From positions 1-46,763 of IMG/VR virus record IMGVR_UViG_3300005805_000140: a DNA stretch of 46,763 nucleotides. One strand, written 5' to 3'. The position numbers were made by a program, and so were the translations under genes. Source of the stretch: a virus. Lineage: Duplodnaviria; Caudoviricetes. Shown here piece by piece: positions 1-8,304 of the stretch; position 1 is the stretch's first letter, and every line of letters starts with the position of its first letter. Below the pieces are notes generated by a model, which did not search any database, was not told the DNA's origin, and saw only the letters and a list, made by a program, of their open reading frames with translations.

Positions 1-1911
1 AATCTAGGACCTAGAGAAGTCGCTAAGGGAGCCTTTGATATTGTTAAAGACAAGATACAAAAAGGCGAAGTTACAGATTGGAATTCATATCAACAAGCCG
101 TCAATAGTGCATTAGAACAAGCAGCAGTACAAGGTGGTAAAGAAGCATCACGCATGTCGCAAGACATAGCAAGAAAAACATTAGACATGTATCTAAATCG
201 TTATGCGTTAGATGCTAGTGGAACTTTCTCAGGCAGTGGTCCTGAAAAGATTGAAAAGATCATCACAGCATTAGGTGGTCAAGTAGACGCAGAAAAGATG
301 GCGATGGCACACCGAGCAGTTGCAGCAATGAAAGGTGCTAACGAGTCAGTAGAATTAAACGAAGCCACTATCAAAATATTATTCTCAAAAGTATCATTAG
401 AGCATAGCAAGCGTATCGATGAAGGTATCATGGATACACTCAAAGGTGTAGCCGGTAAAGCGATGGATTATGCTAAGACAAAAGGTCATAATCTAACTAC
501 AAAAGTCACAGCAGACAAATTAAACACAGCGTGGGAAAAAGCAGGTAAGCCAACTGATAGCGACAAGATCGCAGAAATATTAAAATCAAGCGGTGTACCA
601 GAAGATGTCATGAATGCGGTATTCACTAAGATGAAGATTCCGACAACACCTGCACCAACTCAGCAACCAGCACAACAAGGACAACAGACATCTACACAAC
701 AACCTGCGCAACCAGCAGCACAAGAACCTGCGCAGGCAGCACCTGCTGCTAAATCAGGTAAGCCTGTTATCAAGCAGCCATCTGTAGCAAATAATCGCAC
801 AGCAGGTGTTCGTCAGCAAGGTGGCACTTTCACATATAATCCATTAGCAGAAGATGCTGAGAAATTAGCGCAACTTGAATCTGCTATGAAACAAGCACAA
901 CAGATCACAAGAGCCATCAAGTATGATGATAGCACTACTGAGATCATTGTAAAGATACAAGAACTAGCACAAAGAACTGGCATAGATCCAAGATCAGTCA
1001 AGTATGCGATTAATGATGTGTATGAAGCAAAGAGTGCGTTAGAGTCTGCTGTATATGGTCTAGATGAATTGTTTAAAGATGCATATCAAGAAGCGAAATG
1101 GAAGCACGACGACGAGGAAGAAGGTATATCAGAAGAAGAAAACAAACCAAAGACAGCAAAAGCATTGATATATCAAACTGATATGTATGGTGCAAAAGGA
1201 TATTATGCTGAATGCAAAGAACCAGGATGTGACCATAAAACAAAAACATATGATAGAGCAGTACAAGCACAGAATGCCATTAAGAAACATCACCAAGAAC
1301 ATTTCAAAAATGTAGGAGAAGGTTATCGTGCTGGTGCTAGTGGTGGCAGTGGATTAGGCATCGAAAAAAGCCCTATGGAAAAAGTGTTAGAAAAACCATT
1401 AGGCGAGATGGAAGAATTAGATGAGTATGATTATACAAAACGCAAACCTTATGCGCCAGTCACTCATGGTGATACAGAGCGAGATTTAGTATATATGGAC
1501 CGTATATTAAACACTCTTCCAAAAGGCTTATCCATCGAAGAAGTGTACCGCGCTGTAAGACAAAAGTTTGATAAGATGAATAAAGACTTATCAATAGAAC
1601 AGCAAGTCAACGCATGGAAAAATATCAAACCGTTTATATGGAGAACATATACAAATACTTGGAATTTGAAAGAAGATGCTATGGCAGATCAATTCTATGA
1701 TGAATTCTTGCACAGTTCTTTCAAACCAGATACTCCTTCATATCTAGATAATCTAAAAGGTATCAAATCATTTTTGATGGCTAAGAGATTGCCAGACGAT
1801 AAAGCAAAATTTTTATTGCGCAGATTGATACAGAAAATCAAACCTGAGATGGAAAGCGCAATCATGAAAGGATTACAGACAGAAGTACTAAAACATGACG
1901 CATCTAAGTGA
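1..1911 (+). CDS. Large hypothetical protein, 5'-truncated by the window; probable virion internal polyprotein
   Basis: The frame is open from base 1 (NLGPREVAKG...) through ATG154 to TGA 1909-1911. It has a Q/P/A-rich linker and many (L/I/V)xE junctions resembling T4 gp21 protease sites. Confidence 0.75.
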   Translation, partial: NLGPREVAKGAFDIVKDKIQKGEVTDWNSYQQAVNSALEQAAVQGGKEASRMSQDIARKTLDMYLNRYALDASGTFSGSGPEKIEKIITALGGQVDAEKMAMAHRAVAAMKGANESVELNEATIKILFSKVSLEHSKRIDEGIMDTLKGVAGKAMDYAKTKGHNLTTKVTADKLNTAWEKAGKPTDSDKIAEILKSSGVPEDVMNAVFTKMKIPTTPAPTQQPAQQGQQTSTQQPAQPAAQEPAQAAPAAKSGKPVIKQPSVANNRTAGVRQQGGTFTYNPLAEDAEKLAQLESAMKQAQQITRAIKYDDSTTEIIVKIQELAQRTGIDPRSVKYAINDVYEAKSALESAVYGLDELFKDAYQEAKWKHDDEEEGISEEENKPKTAKALIYQTDMYGAKGYYAECKEPGCDHKTKTYDRAVQAQNAIKKHHQEHFKNVGEGYRAGASGGSGLGIEKSPMEKVLEKPLGEMEELDEYDYTKRKPYAPVTHGDTERDLVYMDRILNTLPKGLSIEEVYRAVRQKFDKMNKDLSIEQQVNAWKNIKPFIWRTYTNTWNLKEDAMADQFYDEFLHSSFKPDTPSYLDNLKGIKSFLMAKRLPDDKAKFLLRRLIQKIKPEMESAIMKGLQTEVLKHDASK

Positions 1912-2041
1912 CAATAATATAGGATACTTTGCGCACTTATACAGAGCATGGCGTTGGGCAGTTATATTATTGATACATGGAATATTTCCTGAGATATATA
2001 AAACTACAGTAAGTGACGAAATTTGTAAAGGTAAAAAATAA
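1895..2041 (+). CDS. Small hydrophobic protein (48 aa), not in the ORF track
   Basis: Manual translation MTHLSDNNIGYFAHLYRAWRWAVILLIHGIFPEIYKTTVSDEICKGKK. Its TAA overlaps the dps ATG (TAATG). Confidence 0.65.
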   Translation: MTHLSDNNIGYFAHLYRAWRWAVILLIHGIFPEIYKTTVSDEICKGKK

Positions 2042-2481
2042 TGTTAGCAGACAGTTTAAAAAATTTATTAGCAAATAGTTATGCGTTTGTGATCAAAGCA
2101 CAGCAGTTCCATTGGAATGTCGAGGGTCCAAATTTCCCTCAGTATCACGAATTTTTCGGGGATCTATATGCAGAAGTATATGCATCACTTGATAAGACTG
2201 CTGAATACATTCGTACACTAGATTCATATACTCCAGGTAGCATGGAGCGTTATATAGAACTCAGCGACATCAAAGGTCAGACTTTGATTCCTAGAGCAGA
2301 ACTTATGTTTAGCGAATTATTGATGGACAATAATAAACTACTAGATTGTTTGCAAACTTGCATGGAACATGCTAAGGCAGAGAATAATTATGGTATTGAG
2401 AATTATATAGCAGAAAGAATGGATGCACATGCTAAACATGGCTGGATGATCAAGAGCATCCTCAAAAAAGAAAGAGCCTAA
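2041..2481 (+). CDS. dps: Dps / ferritin-like DNA-protection protein
   Basis: Dps signature FHWNVEGPNFPQYHEFFGDLY...D.TAEYIR and C-terminal HAKHGWM. Confidence 0.92.
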   Translation: MLADSLKNLLANSYAFVIKAQQFHWNVEGPNFPQYHEFFGDLYAEVYASLDKTAEYIRTLDSYTPGSMERYIELSDIKGQTLIPRAELMFSELLMDNNKLLDCLQTCMEHAKAENNYGIENYIAERMDAHAKHGWMIKSILKKERA

Positions 2482-2487
2482 CACATT

Positions 2488-3060
2488 GTGCGTATACGAG
2501 ACCTTACTAATGAAGCTAGTCCCGACACACTAGAAGGAAGTTTCACAGACGATCTAGTGAATAGTAAGTTGTGGTTATGTGATAAGTTAAAGCAAGGCCT
2601 CAAAGGTAAATGTGCTAGAACTATCTATGTTTTAGGTAGTTGGTATGGTAATTTAGCCATGCTATTACAAAAAGAAGGTATCACTTTTGATGACATCGTG
2701 TTAGTAGACATTGATGAAAAAGTTTTAAGAACTAGTCAAAATATGTTAAAGCCTTTCTTTAAGCCAGGTAAACTAATATTTTTAAACACAGACGCCAAAG
2801 ATGTGATTTATGACAAGCCCGGAATTATCATCAATACTAGCGTCAACGATATGAAGACAACTTGGTTTGATGATGTACCCGAAGGTAGAAAGATCATCAT
2901 ACAAGGTCGTGATCAAGTAAGTGATGCTGTGACTAAGATCGCAGACATGAAACAATTTGATGATATGTTTCCTATGACTAAGACATATTATCTAGGTAAG
3001 CGGGACTTCACAGATCCAGAAACACGATACACAAGATACATGAAGATAGGCGTGAAATGA
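2488..3060 (+). CDS. Class I SAM-dependent methyltransferase-like protein with a CTS-like N-terminus
   Basis: IYVLGSWYG (motif I), VLVDID (motif II), IINTS; GTG start; N-terminus MRIRDLTNE. Confidence 0.65.
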   Translation: MRIRDLTNEASPDTLEGSFTDDLVNSKLWLCDKLKQGLKGKCARTIYVLGSWYGNLAMLLQKEGITFDDIVLVDIDEKVLRTSQNMLKPFFKPGKLIFLNTDAKDVIYDKPGIIINTSVNDMKTTWFDDVPEGRKIIIQGRDQVSDAVTKIADMKQFDDMFPMTKTYYLGKRDFTDPETRYTRYMKIGVK

Positions 3061-4841
3061 GAGCGAACGAATTTATACAAGAAGGTGTCAATGATCCTGC
3101 TATCTTCAAGGTAGTGTTCGTTATCGGCGGTCCTGGTAGCGGCAAAAGTTATGTCAGTCGTCAGTTAGGTCTTAACGCTATGGGTTTCGTTACAGTCAAT
3201 AGCGATGTGGCATTTGAATATCTCATGGGTAAGCATGGTATCGATCCTAAGATGCCTCCTGAAGAAAAAGAAAAGCGTGATGTTGTCAGAGCAAGAGCCA
3301 AAGAGATAACAGGTAAAAAGTCCGACCTAGCAATCGAGGGCAGACTAGGTATACATATAGACGGTACCGGAGATGACTATGATAAAGTAGCGAATCTCAA
3401 AAAGAATTTTGAACGATTGGGTTATGACTGTTACCTCGTAGTAGTCAACACAAAATTAGAAGTAGCAAGACAACGCAATCAAATGAGAGCGAGAACTGTT
3501 CCTGATAAGATCGTCACAAACAGTTGGTATGATGTGCAGGACAACATTGGTAGATTCGCCAACATCTTTACATATATGAGCATCATAGATAATAGCGGCG
3601 ATGCAAAAGCAACGGACGAACAAATAACAAAAGTACACAGTAAATTACAAAGGTTTGCTGATAGCGAGCCTACTAAGCCTGCTGCTAGAGAGTGGATAGC
3701 CAATCAGAAAAAAGTAAATGAAAAATGGAGCGCAAAGTACAAGCGTAGCATCAACTGCAATAATCCAAAAGGATTCAGTCAAAGAGCGCATTGCCAAGGT
3801 CGCAAGAAGAAAACAAATGAAGCCGGTGATATGGTAATTAACTATGGTAGCCAAGAGCCTATCAAGCAACTTTTTGGTTATGCTAAAGATAAGTTAAAGA
3901 ATTCTGCGTTAGAATTGAAAAGAATATTGTCAACAGAGACAGGTGAGACAAAGGTCATGCTTGCTACTATGCGCAAGATAGCGAATAAAGAGCAAGTAAC
4001 TCCCGAAGAGAAAAAGGCTGCGATAGAGCAATTTTTTGATATTTTAAGATTAGTAGGATTGGGAGCATTATTTAAAGTAACCTTCAAGATTCCCTTTAGT
4101 ACAGAGGCAATTTATCTTGTGGCTAAAGTGATACACAAATATTTAGGTATACAAATACTACCAAGCAGCTTAGTAAACGAAGAGTATACTAAAGACGGCA
4201 CATACCGCATACGGGCTATGACTTACGAAGACCAAGTAGAAGAAGTACGATCAGACAAACTAGCTAAGTTCATCAATGCTGCATTGAAGAAAGCGGGATA
4301 CAAGTTCATAGGCAAAGGATATGATGCCCAAGTGTGGATGAAAGATGAAGGCACGGTAGTCAAGATATTGATGCCTGAAAGCCAAGAAAACGAGGCGATA
4401 GATAGTTTCAAGTCCTTCTATAATTTTGTCAAAAAGAATCCTAGCCCTAATCTACCAGTATTCAAGAAGGTAGATGGGCGTGAAGTCTATAAGTTCACAT
4501 TAAAGGGCAAGCCATTCATGCAATTTGGTATGGAACAATTGTACCCTATCAAAGAAGGTTCTTTAGATGAATGGGTAGTCTGGATGATGGCTGATCTAAG
4601 TGCTAAGGGCATGGATTGGGACAAAGCCAAAGACGAGATGGCTAATGATAAAGACGATTTTGCCGAGAAGTTTAAAGCCCAAAATACTAGTAAAATGAAC
4701 GAATATAAGTCATTATACACGACATTGCTGAAACTTTACAAGGCAGGTATGAAAAAGGGCTATGGTTGGGACCCGCATACAGAGAATGTCATGCAGAGAA
4801 AAGACGGCACATTAGTAGTCACAGATCCTTGGTCTGTCTGA
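3057..4841 (+). CDS. Multidomain protein: P-loop (zeta/AAA_33-like) kinase, small basic Cys module, and protein-kinase-like domain
   Basis: Walker A GGPGSGKS and IDGTG in the N-domain. The C-domain has IGKGYDAQV, VVKI, WDPHTENVM and VTDP. N-terminus MRANEFIQE. Confidence 0.75.
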   Translation: MRANEFIQEGVNDPAIFKVVFVIGGPGSGKSYVSRQLGLNAMGFVTVNSDVAFEYLMGKHGIDPKMPPEEKEKRDVVRARAKEITGKKSDLAIEGRLGIHIDGTGDDYDKVANLKKNFERLGYDCYLVVVNTKLEVARQRNQMRARTVPDKIVTNSWYDVQDNIGRFANIFTYMSIIDNSGDAKATDEQITKVHSKLQRFADSEPTKPAAREWIANQKKVNEKWSAKYKRSINCNNPKGFSQRAHCQGRKKKTNEAGDMVINYGSQEPIKQLFGYAKDKLKNSALELKRILSTETGETKVMLATMRKIANKEQVTPEEKKAAIEQFFDILRLVGLGALFKVTFKIPFSTEAIYLVAKVIHKYLGIQILPSSLVNEEYTKDGTYRIRAMTYEDQVEEVRSDKLAKFINAALKKAGYKFIGKGYDAQVWMKDEGTVVKILMPESQENEAIDSFKSFYNFVKKNPSPNLPVFKKVDGREVYKFTLKGKPFMQFGMEQLYPIKEGSLDEWVVWMMADLSAKGMDWDKAKDEMANDKDDFAEKFKAQNTSKMNEYKSLYTTLLKLYKAGMKKGYGWDPHTENVMQRKDGTLVVTDPWSV

Positions 4842-4847
4842 TAAATA
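4841..4847 (+). promoter_or_regulatory. T4-type late promoter-like element ATAAATA
   Basis: TAAATA core just after the upstream stop; the same core recurs upstream of other genes. Confidence 0.55.
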
Positions 4848-4873
4848 CTATTACACTTTTGTGAGGAATTGAT

Positions 4874-5257
4874 ATGAAGATTTTTGAAGTTATTGAAGCA
4901 AGAAAAGGTCCTATAGATGATTTTGAGGACGATGACGCTCCAGTTCAAGACGCTGATCTTGACAAGATCCCTAACATATTGATTCAAATGCGCAAAGCCA
5001 TTGACACTGATGGCAACTATGAGTTCAAGTTCAAGGACGGAAGCAAGCATAAACTTAGCATGCCTGACATCGTATCATTCGTCAAAAAGAACATGAGCGC
5101 CAAACCAGCAGAACGAGAGATCATGCAGCACAAAGGTGTTGAGAGCCTAGAAGGATTGATGTCAGTCATCAATGCCAAAGAAGCGCCTAAACCTGATATG
5201 AAGATTAAAGGTGACCGTTACATGTCACACTTTAGCGGAGATCTAGACGACAAATAA
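4874..5257 (+). CDS. Hypothetical protein with a CTS-like N-terminus
   Basis: GAGGA RBS; N-terminus MKIFEVIE; upstream TAAATA. Confidence 0.75.
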   Translation: MKIFEVIEARKGPIDDFEDDDAPVQDADLDKIPNILIQMRKAIDTDGNYEFKFKDGSKHKLSMPDIVSFVKKNMSAKPAEREIMQHKGVESLEGLMSVINAKEAPKPDMKIKGDRYMSHFSGDLDDK

Positions 5258-5263
5258 CATATA

Positions 5264-5935
5264 ATGTTTGTAGTTATAGATAACTTTTTATCTGCTGAAG
5301 ATTTCGATTCATTTTCTACGATTATCAATAAAGAATCAACTAACCAGTGGAATGTTAGAAAACTAAATCCATCATCTCCTAATTGGACCAAATACTTATA
5401 TAAGTCTGATTACGAAGATATCAATGCAGAGTTTGATAAAAAATACGGCCCCGGTATATCTAAAATATCATTATTAATCGAATCAAAGATTAGAGAACAT
5501 GTCGATGTATTGCCGGCATTGTTCAGTGCAGGATTCATGTATAGCAAATATCCATATGTTATAAAACCACATTTTGATAACATATATACAGATCCGAATT
5601 TTATAAAACCGGAGTTTGTTACTGACAGTTATTCTGCTTTTTTATATGGTCACAAAACATGGGACAAAGATTGGGGCGGCATTTTAGGATTCCATAAAGA
5701 CTTTTTTATAGACAGAGGTAAATCAAATGAATTCGACAAAGACAATTACTATCCTATAGATCCCGTACCCAACCGATTAGTATTTTATAGCCTTGATGAG
5801 ATACACTCAGTCACACCTATAATTAATAAAAATGTGATACGACAAACATTTAAAATGTCGTTTTTTAAAATAACCAAAGCAAGAAGGCATCCTAGGTCTA
5901 TAGAATCTCAGATAGACCATACCGCAGAATTTTAG
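5264..5935 (+). CDS. 2OG-Fe(II) oxygenase (prolyl-4-hydroxylase-like)
   Basis: VIDNFL start, HxD (PHFD), WDKDWGG, PNRLV, distal H (IHSV) and R. Confidence 0.8.
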   Translation: MFVVIDNFLSAEDFDSFSTIINKESTNQWNVRKLNPSSPNWTKYLYKSDYEDINAEFDKKYGPGISKISLLIESKIREHVDVLPALFSAGFMYSKYPYVIKPHFDNIYTDPNFIKPEFVTDSYSAFLYGHKTWDKDWGGILGFHKDFFIDRGKSNEFDKDNYYPIDPVPNRLVFYSLDEIHSVTPIINKNVIRQTFKMSFFKITKARRHPRSIESQIDHTAEF

Positions 5936-5944
5936 CAACATGAT

Positions 5945-5950
5945 TAAATA
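5945..5950 (+). promoter_or_regulatory. Late promoter-like TAAATA
   Basis: 8 nt upstream of ATG 5959, with no SD in between. Confidence 0.5.
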
Positions 5951-5958
5951 GTGTTACT

Positions 5959-6399
5959 ATGAACAAACTAATATTAACACTTCTATTAACGGTATTGCCT
6001 ATAGTCGCTTTTGCTCAAAAGCAAAAGCCCGGCGTGACTTATGATGCTACAGTATTGCGCATCATAGACGGTGACACAGTAGCATTTAGTGCCCCTTTCT
6101 TGCCCGATCCATTAAAGAAAGAACTCAGCATTCGTGTTTTCGGTGTAGATACTCCTGAGAAGGGACACCGCGCAAAATGCCCTAGCGAAGACTTATTGGG
6201 CAAGGCTGCAACAAACTTCACTAAAGATAGCATAGCCAATGCTAAGAAGTTACAGATCGTACTCATGGATTGGGACAAGTACGGCGGTCGTGTATTAGGC
6301 GATGTGTTGATCGACGGTCAGAGTTTGCGCATGATGCTCATCAATAAGGGTTACGCCCGCGAGTATTATGGTGAAGCGAAGACTAGTTGGTGTCAATAA
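5959..6399 (+). CDS. Thermonuclease (SNase-like) with signal peptide
   Basis: IIDGDT, IRVFGVDTPE, DKYGGRVLG motifs; hydrophobic N-terminus ending AFA. Confidence 0.9.
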   Translation: MNKLILTLLLTVLPIVAFAQKQKPGVTYDATVLRIIDGDTVAFSAPFLPDPLKKELSIRVFGVDTPEKGHRAKCPSEDLLGKAATNFTKDSIANAKKLQIVLMDWDKYGGRVLGDVLIDGQSLRMMLINKGYAREYYGEAKTSWCQ

Positions 6400-6403
6400 A
6401 ATA

Positions 6404-6431
6404 TTGACATTATATAAATTCATGATAAAAT
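6404..6431 (+). promoter_or_regulatory. Sigma70-type promoter (TTGACA / TGaTAAAAT)
   Basis: Perfect -35 at 6404-6409; extended -10 with TAAAAT at 6426-6431. Confidence 0.65.
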
Positions 6432-6437
6432 AGTATC

Positions 6438-6671
6438 ATGAGTTACAACTTTAACAGACACAAGCCAAAAGGTATGACTACTAGAGTATATGAGATTGCT
6501 CTAGAAACCGGCGGTAGCACTTATCCCGAAGTCAATACTGAAAGATTGCAGCATTTCGCTGAAAAGATCATTGAAGAATGCGCCAAGATCGCTGAACACG
6601 AAAGCAGTTATCCTTATAAGGATTTCGGTGATAAGATCCGCGCACATTTTGGACTAAAGGACTTTGTATGA
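6438..6671 (+). CDS. Hypothetical phage protein
   Basis: ORF directly after the promoter; FAEKIIEEC...IRAHFG motif resembles the ORF at 46518. Confidence 0.7.
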   Translation: MSYNFNRHKPKGMTTRVYEIALETGGSTYPEVNTERLQHFAEKIIEECAKIAEHESSYPYKDFGDKIRAHFGLKDFV

Positions 6672-6865
6672 CAACTATCGATTTACCAGATTTTAAGTTT
6701 AAAGAAGGTGACCTAGTTAAAAAAGTAGGTGGCACTTATGAAGCAGAAGGCATAATTGTAGGTATCGCAGTCACTACAAAAGGAGACCTAAGATATGTTT
6801 TTGAATTCGAACAGTTTCCTGGCATGCTACATATTTTTAACGAAAGTCAGTTAGAGCATAGATAA
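6668..6865 (+). CDS. SH3-fold protein resembling type II (R67/DfrB) dihydrofolate reductase
   Basis: FKEGDLVKKVGG..AEGIIVG...YVFEFEQFPGMLHIFNESQLE aligns by eye with R67 FGMGDRVRKKSG..WQGQIVG...[21 protein letters not shown]. Confidence 0.65.
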   Translation: MTTIDLPDFKFKEGDLVKKVGGTYEAEGIIVGIAVTTKGDLRYVFEFEQFPGMLHIFNESQLEHR

Positions 6866-6960
6866 TGCTAGACTATAGAGTAAAATTTAGGACTTTTGTC
6901 TATATCATAATATTACTCACTATAACATTCGCGGGGATAGCGGAATATGTTGGATCTTGA
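6865..6960 (+). CDS. Small membrane peptide (31 aa)
   Basis: Manual translation MLDYRVKFRTFVYIIILLTITFAGIAEYVGS; fills the gap between neighbours with overlaps at both ends. Confidence 0.45.
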   Translation: MLDYRVKFRTFVYIIILLTITFAGIAEYVGS

Positions 6961-7138
6961 TAAAGCAAAAAATGAATGGGATGATCTAGACATTTATGAT
7001 CGTGAAGCCGCCGACATTCGCCGCGCATTAAGAAAAATTGATTTAAAACAATGGGTACAAGACTTGTATTCACTTGACCCTGATCTATTCGATAACTTAC
7101 AGCAGTATATGGATACTGCTGCGGGTCGCCGTCGTTAA
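6947..7138 (+). CDS. Hypothetical protein
   Basis: ORF track, 63 aa. Confidence 0.6.
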   Translation: MLDLDKAKNEWDDLDIYDREAADIRRALRKIDLKQWVQDLYSLDPDLFDNLQQYMDTAAGRRR

Positions 7139-7168
7139 CTACTGACATTTCTTTTAGGTTTTATGCAC

Positions 7169-7174
7169 TAAATA
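7169..7174 (+). promoter_or_regulatory. Late promoter-like TAAATA within an 11-bp inverted repeat
   Basis: Flanked by AGGTTTTATGC (7156-7166) and GTATAAAACCT (7190-7200). Confidence 0.45.
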
Positions 7175-7227
7175 TTCTCAGTACCGAGAGTATAAAACCT
7201 CTTCGGCTTATACAGGGAACAATAAAA

Positions 7228-8304
7228 ATGATAAAAAAGATCCTTGTGTTGGCCACAATCGCTGCCACTTTAGGCGGCATGCCAGCATATTCACAAACAA
7301 CAAATACAAGTACACAAAGTACTACAGGTGGTACTACCACTAGCAATACTACTCCTATCAACCAAGGGGGTTACACAACTACTTCTTTAGTTGATACGAA
7401 CAGTACGAGCAATAGCACTAGCACAGTTACTACTAACAATAACACGAATACAAATAGTACCAGCACTAGCACAGTCAACACGACAAATGCCAATACTAAT
7501 ACTAGTACAAGCACGAATGTCAACACAAACAATAACATTCAAAGTGGTACCGTGACTAACATCAATCAGAATACTAATAATGGTACTATGACTTATAATA
7601 ACAATAATGTCAATAGTGGTACTGTTACTTATAACAACAATAATGTTAATACTGGTACCATGACTTACAACAATAATAACAATACTACTAGTACTAATGT
7701 TAACAAAAACGAAAATACCGGTACTATGACTTATAATAACAATAACAATAGCACCAGTGCAAGCACTAGCAATAATACAAACACCAATATCAATACTGGT
7801 GACATGACTAATCGTAACATCAACACGACTACAAGCAACAATGTCAACACCAACAACAGCACTAGTAGTAATACTAATGTCAATATCCAACAAGGTGAGA
7901 TGACTAACCGTAATATCAATGAGACTGTGATTCGCCAGAAGGTTGAACAACCTCCTCCAACTGCAATCGCACCTCCAATGATGAGCGTGGGTAGTGATCT
8001 TTGCGTGGTAGGCGTCAGCGGTGCTGCACAGACACAGATATTAGGTGCAAGTTTTGGCTCAACGATGCGTGATGAGAATTGCGAAAGAATCAAGATGAGC
8101 AAGACATTATATGACATGGGCATGAAAGTAGCCGCTGTCGCTATGATGTGCCAAGACGAGCGTGTATTCAAGGCTATGGAGATGGCAGGTACACCTTGCC
8201 CATATATGGGTAAAATCGGTGCTGAGGCAACTACTGCATGGACTGACAATAAGAAAGAGCGTCCAGACGGTAAGAAGAAGGGTTTCTTTAGTTGGCTACA
8301 ATGA
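7228..8304 (+). CDS. Secreted Thr/Asn-rich repeat protein with a Cys-containing C-terminal domain
   Basis: Signal peptide, G(T/D/E)(M/V)T(Y/N)N repeats, C-domain PPPTAIAP...DLC...DENCERIK...MCQD...AGTPCP. Confidence 0.85.
   Translation: MIKKILVLATIAATLGGMPAYSQTTNTSTQSTTGGTTTSNTTPINQGGYTTTSLVDTNSTSNSTSTVTTNNNTNTNSTSTSTVNTTNANTNTSTSTNVNTNNNIQSGTVTNINQNTNNGTMTYNNNNVNSGTVTYNNNNVNTGTMTYNNNNNTTSTNVNKNENTGTMTYNNNNNSTSASTSNNTNTNINTGDMTNRNINTTTSNNVNTNNSTSSNTNVNIQQGEMTNRNINETVIRQKVEQPPPTAIAPPMMSVGSDLCVVGVSGAAQTQILGASFGSTMRDENCERIKMSKTLYDMGMKVAAVAMMCQDERVFKAMEMAGTPCPYMGKIGAEATTAWTDNKKERPDGKKKGFFSWLQ
7546..7926 (+). repeat. Imperfect coding tandem repeats (unit about 36 nt / 12 aa, GTMTYNNNNVNx)
   Basis: Seven G-x-(M/V)-T-(Y/N) units visible in the protein and DNA (ggtactatgacttataataac...). 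Confidence 0.8.

Noticed and set aside
7300-7926. Possible CRISPR array or non-coding tandem repeat
   Set aside because: The repeats are degenerate, in frame and encode the N/T-rich protein; there is no constant-repeat/unique-spacer pattern.
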